Positions 7,234 to 12,943 of a stretch of 12,943 nucleotides of DNA are shown here, one piece after another. The notes beneath the pieces were generated by a model that was given only the letters and a program-made list of their open reading frames with translations, ran no database searches and was not told where the DNA came from. The position numbers and the translations under genes were made by a program. The stretch's first letter is position 1, and every line of letters begins with the position of its first letter. The stretch comes from Candidatus Aenigmatarchaeota archaeon (GTDB lineage: Archaea; Aenigmatarchaeota; Aenigmatarchaeia; CG10238-14; SpSt-28), in contig JAVYPJ010000004.1 of NCBI GenBank assembly GCA_038733315.1, positions 1 to 12,943 on the forward strand, read 5' to 3'.

Positions 7234-7938
7234 ATGAATAAAAATATACTTATTCTTGCAATTTTGATTATCTTAGCAATTGCTTCAATTTTTTTATTCG
7301 ATATAATTATTTTTACATTTTTCTTTTCGTTTTATCTTTTATATAGAAGAGAAGGTGTAAAGATTACTTTAATCGAATTATTTGTAATTTATTTTATTTC
7401 TTTTTTATTTGAGTTTCTTGGTGTTAACTTTGGAATACCTTTCGGAAAATACTACTATTCAAATGCACTAGGATTTAAGTTATTTGGAGTACCTTTTTCT
7501 GTGCCATTTATGTGGTTTTCTTTTGTTGCACTATCATTTTTAATAATTCAGAATAGCTTTTTGAGCCCTTTATTAACTGTTTCTATTGATATTTTAATGG
7601 ATCCTTATATGTCTAACTTTGGCTGGTTTTGGCAAACAAAACTATTTAACTTTTATTATGGAATTCCGCTTTCTAACTTTATTGGTTGGTATGTAGTGTC
7701 ATTTATACTTATTCAAGTTTTGATACGTTTGTCTAAACCTAAAATTAAATCAACAGATGTATTTGCATTATTTCTTTATTTTCTTGTGCTTTTAATTTGG
7801 TTAATAAATGATTATTTCAAAGGCTTGTATTTGGCCGTAGCAATAGGTTTTATTTTGATTATAATTTTATTTATAACTTTTAAGAAAGAGTTTAGATTAT
7901 TATTAAATGCAGTAGGGGTCCGTAGCTTAACACGGTAG
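7234..7938 (+). CDS. CruF/DUF422-like carotenoid biosynthesis (1,2-hydratase-like) membrane protein
   Basis: FEFLGVNFGIPFGKYYY, LFGVPFSVPFMW, DILMDP, WFW and YYGIPLSNFIGW match the DUF422 pattern. The protein is polytopic. Confidence 0.8.
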   Translation: MNKNILILAILIILAIASIFLFDIIIFTFFFSFYLLYRREGVKITLIELFVIYFISFLFEFLGVNFGIPFGKYYYSNALGFKLFGVPFSVPFMWFSFVALSFLIIQNSFLSPLLTVSIDILMDPYMSNFGWFWQTKLFNFYYGIPLSNFIGWYVVSFILIQVLIRLSKPKIKSTDVFALFLYFLVLLIWLINDYFKGLYLAVAIGFILIIILFITFKKEFRLLLNAVGVRSLTR

Positions 7939-7989
7939 AGCAACCGGCTCTTAACCGGTGGGTTGAGGGTTCAAATCCCTCCGGGCCCA
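7916..7989 (+). tRNA. tRNA-Lys, anticodon CTT
   Basis: Folds as GGGTCCG TA GCTT-AACACGGTA-GAGC A ACCGG-CT CTT AA-CCGGT GGGTT GAGGG-TTCAAAT-CCCTC CGGGCCC A. Confidence 0.95.
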
Positions 7990-8291
7990 ATAAGACTATT
8001 TAATCCTATATTGATTAATTCGGGAAATTAATGTTGTCAATCAATTTATATTTAAAAAGCAAGAGAGAATTTCACTATAACAACTTCAAATTTCTAGATT
8101 AATTGTCAAAAATTTTGATTTAAAAATTAAATATAAAAAATAAACATAAAAAATTTAGCTGAAAATCTTACTTTCTAATTACTAATTTATTTTTCTCCAG
8201 AAGTGTTAATTTTTGGGTTTTTATATTTATGTATTTTTATTAACTTATTCTATCCAAAATATTTAATAATTGTTTTCTTTAAAAATTCCTA

Positions 8292-8303
8292 AAAGCTTAA
8301 ATA
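8292..8303 (+). promoter_or_regulatory. Putative BRE-TATA promoter of the APC permease
   Basis: AAAGCTTAAATA ends 21 nt before ATG 8324 and has the same AAAGCT-TATA arrangement as 1862 and 5447. Confidence 0.55.
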
Positions 8304-8323
8304 TAGTTAAAATTTAATAAGTT

Positions 8324-9697
8324 ATGAAAGGTCAGAAAAAGACTAAGAGCAATGTCAAAAGGTCTGTTTTGCCTAAAGAAACTAAGAATAAGGGTCCTGC
8401 TTCTCATACTTTATTAGAATTATATTGGCACGATCTTTCAGCAATAATAGGAATAGGAGTAATAGTAGTTCCTATAATAGTTTCGTATTTAGTCGGTGTT
8501 TTTTCGATATTTCTAGTGCTTTTTGTAGGAATTTTGGCTTTAGTTATCGGAACAATTCTTTATGAAGTAGAAGCTGTCGAGGGATTAGATCCATATAAGT
8601 ACTTAGGAACAAAAGTAAGCAAAGAATACTCATTCATATTCGGATTTCTACTTGTAATAGCCTACATATTAATTGTAATACTTGCAGGAGAAGTAGGAGT
8701 GTTAGAACTATCACAATTTTTTGGTAGCTACGGTGTTTACGTTGGATTAATTCTCGTAGAGTTGTTCTTAATAGCTACTTGGGCAGTTCTTTCGATGAAA
8801 AGAGAAAAATTCACACTTAATTTCATGGGAATTATCAAATTATTATTCGTTATTGCGCTAATAATAGCAGGATTTATTGCCGTTAAGATGATAGGTGTAA
8901 AACCTTTCCTTAACGCTATAAATGGTAATTCTAACTATATAAATTTGCCGCAAGCTGCCTTTATGTCATTAGGAATAATACTTTTATTCTTTAGCTTTGT
9001 AGGTTTTGAAACAGGTTCATTTGCTTTCAAGGGACCTAGTGAAAAAAGATACATAGTTGCAGAAGCTATTATGTATTCAATTCTTACTGGAATAGTAGTA
9101 TACACATTAATTCAAATATTCGCTATTGGTTTAGGTAACTATAATTCCTCAAATCCTTTCCTAGGCTTTTCACTATTCCCTAACTTCATTGGTCAAGTAA
9201 TTTCCTATCCGGCAGAAGTTTTCTTTTCTATATTTTCCATTGTAGTAGTTTTAGGAAGCATAGTAGCACTTTCTAATGCTTCCTCAAAAGTTTTACATAT
9301 GTTTGCATTAGATGGAATAGTTCCGGCTTCACTTGCAGATAATGAAAATCTTAAGTTATCACTTTCATTAGGAATACCTATCGTTCTATTACCTGTAGTT
9401 TCTCTAATTGCTGGGCCATTAAGTTCAACAACTTCGTCTTTCATAAGTGATGTTGGAGCAATTTTACCTATAATATCAGTTGCTTCAATGTCAGTATTGC
9501 TTGCATTTGCATTTTTAAGTGCAGGCATGGCTTATGCAAATAGAAATAAGAGCTGGGGCAAGCTACTTTCTGGTATATTCATAACTTTAGTTATATTAGG
9601 AATTATAGGATTCGCCCAAATTCAATATTTAGTTGGGTTGCTAGTAATAGTTGCGCTCGGTGCTATAGGATACGTAATTGTTGCAAGAAACAAGTAA
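8324..9697 (+). CDS. APC superfamily amino acid/polyamine permease (divergent)
   Basis: About 12 hydrophobic segments, with TM1-like LSAIIGIGVIVVP, TM6-like FFSFVGFET and late SKVLHMFALDGIVP. Confidence 0.8.
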   Translation: MKGQKKTKSNVKRSVLPKETKNKGPASHTLLELYWHDLSAIIGIGVIVVPIIVSYLVGVFSIFLVLFVGILALVIGTILYEVEAVEGLDPYKYLGTKVSKEYSFIFGFLLVIAYILIVILAGEVGVLELSQFFGSYGVYVGLILVELFLIATWAVLSMKREKFTLNFMGIIKLLFVIALIIAGFIAVKMIGVKPFLNAINGNSNYINLPQAAFMSLGIILLFFSFVGFETGSFAFKGPSEKRYIVAEAIMYSILTGIVVYTLIQIFAIGLGNYNSSNPFLGFSLFPNFIGQVISYPAEVFFSIFSIVVVLGSIVALSNASSKVLHMFALDGIVPASLADNENLKLSLSLGIPIVLLPVVSLIAGPLSSTTSSFISDVGAILPIISVASMSVLLAFAFLSAGMAYANRNKSWGKLLSGIFITLVILGIIGFAQIQYLVGLLVIVALGAIGYVIVARNK

Positions 9698-9740
9698 ATT
9701 GTAATAAATTTATTTTAATTTTTAGCTCGCACTATATTTT

Positions 9741-10232
9741 ATGAAATTAGGAAAGCTTTTGTTTTCTATAATTATAATTGCGCTATTTATAATTTCTTAT
9801 TCTGCATTTACTGGCTTCCCTTCTTCTAATAATAATGTTGTAACGCTTTACGTTCTAGTTCCTTCAGGAATTAACAATTCATTGCCTAAAGCTTCTTTTT
9901 TAAGCAATTATAATTTGGTAGGTAATTACTCTACACTTTCTTCTATTTCTAATACAATTTCTTACTTCTCTTCTGTTCACATTAATACTTTAGGTCAGTT
10001 AATTAGTTTTTCATTAAAAAACAGTTCTGCGCAATTTATAGGTAACTGTTTAGAATATTCAACTTATATTTGTGATAATAGAAGTTATATTTGGGCAATA
10101 GTTTATATTAATCCTAACGAAGAAGTTACTTTATCCTTAAATTCTTCCGTTTTGAATACTAGGCTCTCTACATTAAACTACCCTCAAAATATATTTATAC
10201 TTATATTTTCTAAGACTTTGCCCACTATTTGA
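9741..10232 (+). CDS. Hypothetical secreted or membrane-anchored protein
   Basis: MKLGK followed by a hydrophobic stretch, a Ser/Asn-rich body, several N-x-S sequons and one Cys pair. Confidence 0.65.
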   Translation: MKLGKLLFSIIIIALFIISYSAFTGFPSSNNNVVTLYVLVPSGINNSLPKASFLSNYNLVGNYSTLSSISNTISYFSSVHINTLGQLISFSLKNSSAQFIGNCLEYSTYICDNRSYIWAIVYINPNEEVTLSLNSSVLNTRLSTLNYPQNIFILIFSKTLPTI

Positions 10233-10287
10233 TTATCTTTAATCTTTCTTAATTTTATTCTATTAATATACAAAGTAAAATATAATA

Positions 10288-10962
10288 ATGGATTTAGTAA
10301 ACAAAATAACTGATAAACTTTATGAAATCAATTTAGGGTACGTAAAATCTTTTATTTTTAGAACCGATAAAGGGCTAATTTTATTTGATACTGGCCTTAG
10401 CAATAGCCTTAATAAAATTAAAATAGCTTTATCATCTATTCAACTTGAGATTTCTCAAATAAAGTATATTTTTATTACTCATACTCATTTAGATCATATA
10501 GGTTCACTTTACGATCTTAAGCAGGTAACTGGTGCATTAGTCGGAATAAATGAAAAAGGGCTTCCTTATTTAACTAAAATTAGATTTCCTAAAGGTCACG
10601 ATCCGAAATCTATGGCCATGGCAGGTTTATTTAGAATACTTTCACTTCGAACAAAATTAAAGCCTGTTAAAGTAGATATGCTTATCCAAGAAGGGTATGT
10701 ACCTGAAGAATTTGGCGTTAAAATGCAAATAATTAGCACTCCAGGTCATACTGATGATTCACTTTCATTTTATTTTCCAGAAGAAAAAGTAATCATAGTA
10801 GGAGATTTACTTGCTGGAGCTGAAGGAAAGTTAGTCTTACCTCCATTCTACGAAAACAAGGCAGAGCTTTTAAATAGCATTGAAAAAATAAAACAACTTG
10901 ATGTAAATACAATTTGTGTTTCTCACGGAATTAACAATACTAAGGAAAATATAAAGATTTAG
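10288..10962 (+). CDS. MBL-fold metallo-hydrolase
   Basis: LFDTG, THTHLDHIG (HxHxDH), TPGHTDDS, VGD and SHG motifs. Confidence 0.92.
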   Translation: MDLVNKITDKLYEINLGYVKSFIFRTDKGLILFDTGLSNSLNKIKIALSSIQLEISQIKYIFITHTHLDHIGSLYDLKQVTGALVGINEKGLPYLTKIRFPKGHDPKSMAMAGLFRILSLRTKLKPVKVDMLIQEGYVPEEFGVKMQIISTPGHTDDSLSFYFPEEKVIIVGDLLAGAEGKLVLPPFYENKAELLNSIEKIKQLDVNTICVSHGINNTKENIKI

Positions 10963-11031
10963 TTTTTTCCTTAATTTTGATTTATAAAATTATAAAGACT
11001 AAACAAATTATAAGATGAAAATTTGCTAAAT

Positions 11032-11469
11032 ATGAAAAAAATAATTAATAAAGAAAGACTCAATTTTAAATTTTTAACTGCACAGGTGGCTACAGAATAT
11101 GTATTAATATATATTTTAGCACTTGTTGGTATTGGAGTGGCACTTTCTATCGTTTCAAATTTCTTTTCTTATACTCCTCCTCTTTCTCTTTCAGGCTTCT
11201 ATAATTTTAATATAAAATATTATAATTTCAACGGTACTACTTTAAGCATAATATTTTCTTCTAATGGCTTTAACTTTCAAATAATTAATTTTTCTTCTGC
11301 CGGCCTAAAAAATTACAATTGTAATTTTAACTACGTTAATGCAAGTGGAACAGATCTTTGCATACTTAAATTTAATAAGTACACTTCTTATGCCAACATT
11401 TTGTTTTATTATAAACCTACTAATTCATCACTCGGAATCGTTTTCACGCAAGGAGAAGTAAGTGTATGA
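11032..11469 (+). CDS. Class III signal peptide protein (type IV pilin-like)
   Basis: Basic leader, then A-QVATEY (Q+1, E+5), then a hydrophobic helix. It has a Cys pair and N-x-S/T sequons. ATG 11032 is preferred over TTG 11023. Confidence 0.6.
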   Translation: MKKIINKERLNFKFLTAQVATEYVLIYILALVGIGVALSIVSNFFSYTPPLSLSGFYNFNIKYYNFNGTTLSIIFSSNGFNFQIINFSSAGLKNYNCNFNYVNASGTDLCILKFNKYTSYANILFYYKPTNSSLGIVFTQGEVSV

Positions 11470-12536
11470 ACAGAGAAATAGAAGCTATAGCTACAATCAT
11501 AGGAACAATTGTTGGAGGAGGAATTTTAGCCTTACCATTTATTTTATTTAAGGTAGGGATTTTGGCTTTTATAATAACCTTGATATTAGGGGCATTTTCA
11601 TCATTTTTAGTAACTTCTTATGTAGCAGAGCTTTCTTATTCTCAAAAAAAGATCGCACAATTGCCTTCTTTAGTTTCAAAGTTTTTAGGCAAAAAATATA
11701 AATTTTTAGTTTTGTTAATCGAAGAAATCGCGGTTGCCGGAGCATTAATTTCATATTTTGCTGGAATTTCTTCAGTATTGCCTATTAATCACATTGTGAT
11801 TTATGCAATTCTTGCAATTATTTCAATAATTATAAGTTACGGTAATTTTTTAGCACTTGAAAAATCGGAAACTTACATATTAATCATTAAGTTGCTTTTA
11901 ATTGTTCTTATTTCTTTGCTAGTTTTTAGAATTCCTAAATTTTCTGCTTTTAATAGCAAATTTATTTTTCTAGCTTTGGGAGTTTCTATATTTGCATTTA
12001 CTTCCAATTCAGTAGTTCCTGAAGTAAGAGAAGAACTAGGTTCACCAAAATCTTTCAACAAAGTTCTTTTTATTTCTTACATTATTTCTTTTTTAATATA
12101 CATTTTATTTTCTTTCGCGTTTTATGGGTATTTGGGTAACAAAGTAGGGGAAGTAGCTACAACTAATCTTATTGGCTATTTATATTATTTCGGAATTGTT
12201 TTTACAATTTTTCTTCTTTTAACTCCATTAATGACGCTTTCTTTAGTTTTTGCTGATGTTTTAACTCTTGATTTTAAAATTGATAGAAAAATTACTGCTT
12301 TTCTTTCCGGAATTATACCATTTTTATTGGCTATTTTCTTTAATCGATTTGCCTATATAATTTCTATAATTGGAGGGGTATTTATTTCTCTACTTTCCTT
12401 ATTTATAATAATTGCTTTGATAAAAGAAAGAAAAGTTTCTAAATCTGAATATAGAGCTCCTTTTGGAATTATTGGCGTTTTAATATCATTTTTAGTCTTT
12501 TTAATCGCTATATTTCTTTCATTTTATGAAGTTTAA
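11466..12536 (+). CDS. Amino acid permease (aromatic amino acid/HAAAP-like, APC superfamily)
   Basis: TM1 motif TIIGTIVGGGILALP, TM6-like GVSIFAFTSNSVVPEV and about 11 hydrophobic segments. It overlaps the upstream gene by ATGA. Confidence 0.85.
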   Translation: MNREIEAIATIIGTIVGGGILALPFILFKVGILAFIITLILGAFSSFLVTSYVAELSYSQKKIAQLPSLVSKFLGKKYKFLVLLIEEIAVAGALISYFAGISSVLPINHIVIYAILAIISIIISYGNFLALEKSETYILIIKLLLIVLISLLVFRIPKFSAFNSKFIFLALGVSIFAFTSNSVVPEVREELGSPKSFNKVLFISYIISFLIYILFSFAFYGYLGNKVGEVATTNLIGYLYYFGIVFTIFLLLTPLMTLSLVFADVLTLDFKIDRKITAFLSGIIPFLLAIFFNRFAYIISIIGGVFISLLSLFIIIALIKERKVSKSEYRAPFGIIGVLISFLVFLIAIFLSFYEV

Positions 12537-12943
12537 AATCAAGAGAGAAAGCGGGGAAATAAAGATTTCTATTCTTATAAATAGCTATGATGATATTTCC
12601 GCGCTAAACTTTCTTATTGAGAAAGGAGATACTTTATATTCTAAATCAAGAAGAAAGAACAAAATTGGAAATAAAGTTGAGATTATATTAACTAGGATTG
12701 GAATAAGAGTAGAATATATTTCAATAGGAGAGCACGTGAATGTTAGTGGAGAAATAATTTATTCTTCTGATAAAAACGTACCTTTGCATAAGCACCATCA
12801 TATTAAATTAGGAATTAGAAGCAAGTTTTTGCTTGTAAAGAAAAGGCTTTTGTTATCTCAATTAGATCTGATGAAAAAAACTCAACACTATGAAAAATAT
12901 CTAATTATTGCTTATGATATTGATACTATAGTTGCTTATTTAG
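12526..12943 (+). CDS. pelA: Pelota/Dom34 ribosome rescue factor, N-terminal part, 3'-truncated by the window edge
   Basis: Manual translation from ATG 12526 stays open to the window end: MKFKIKRESGEIKISILINSYDDISALNFLIEKGDTLYSKSRRK...IGIRVE...VSGEII...VPLHKHHHIKL...YLIIAYD. This matches the pelota N-domain pattern DDLxxLxxxIxxGD...R...LGIxVE...GxI...VxLGxxH. It is absent from the ORF track. Confidence 0.75.
   Translation, partial: MKFKIKRESGEIKISILINSYDDISALNFLIEKGDTLYSKSRRKNKIGNKVEIILTRIGIRVEYISIGEHVNVSGEIIYSSDKNVPLHKHHHIKLGIRSKFLLVKKRLLLSQLDLMKKTQHYEKYLIIAYDIDTIVAYL

Noticed and set aside
7990..8323. Long AT-rich spacer as a replication origin
   Set aside because: No convincing repeated ORB elements and no adjacent cdc6/orc1. 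Only a short TTGTCAA recurs.
9205..9528. 107 aa minus-strand ORF
   Set aside because: It lies wholly antisense within the APC permease gene.
11569..12061. Two short minus-strand ORFs (11569-11754 and 11873-12061)
   Set aside because: Both are antisense shadows of the amino acid permease.

Overview
AT-rich, gene-dense archaeal chromosomal segment. An archaeal origin is supported by intron-less archaeal-type tRNAs without encoded CCA, TATA boxes about 20-30 nt before start codons, a pelota homolog, a class III signal peptide and a DUF929-like protein. A small-genome DPANN-like lineage is an inference only. Contents in order: 5'-truncated agmatinase; three small paralog-like two-helix membrane proteins; tRNA-Pro with an AGG anticodon; sufU-sufS (minus strand); a hypothetical membrane protein; a ParB/Srx-domain gene with a 37-bp tandem duplication of its start; tRNA-Ile(GAT); BCP peroxiredoxin; a DUF929-like CxxC membrane protein; a CruF/DUF422-like protein whose stop codon lies inside tRNA-Lys(CTT); an APC permease; a secreted hypothetical protein; an MBL-fold hydrolase; a pilin-like gene; an amino acid permease; and a 3'-truncated pelota gene missed by the ORF track. 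The most striking signal is the structurally intact A34 tRNA-Pro(AGG), an anticodon class essentially absent from archaea. It occurs with other tRNA deviations (A15:U48 pairs, C55). No CRISPR array, integrase or transposase was seen.
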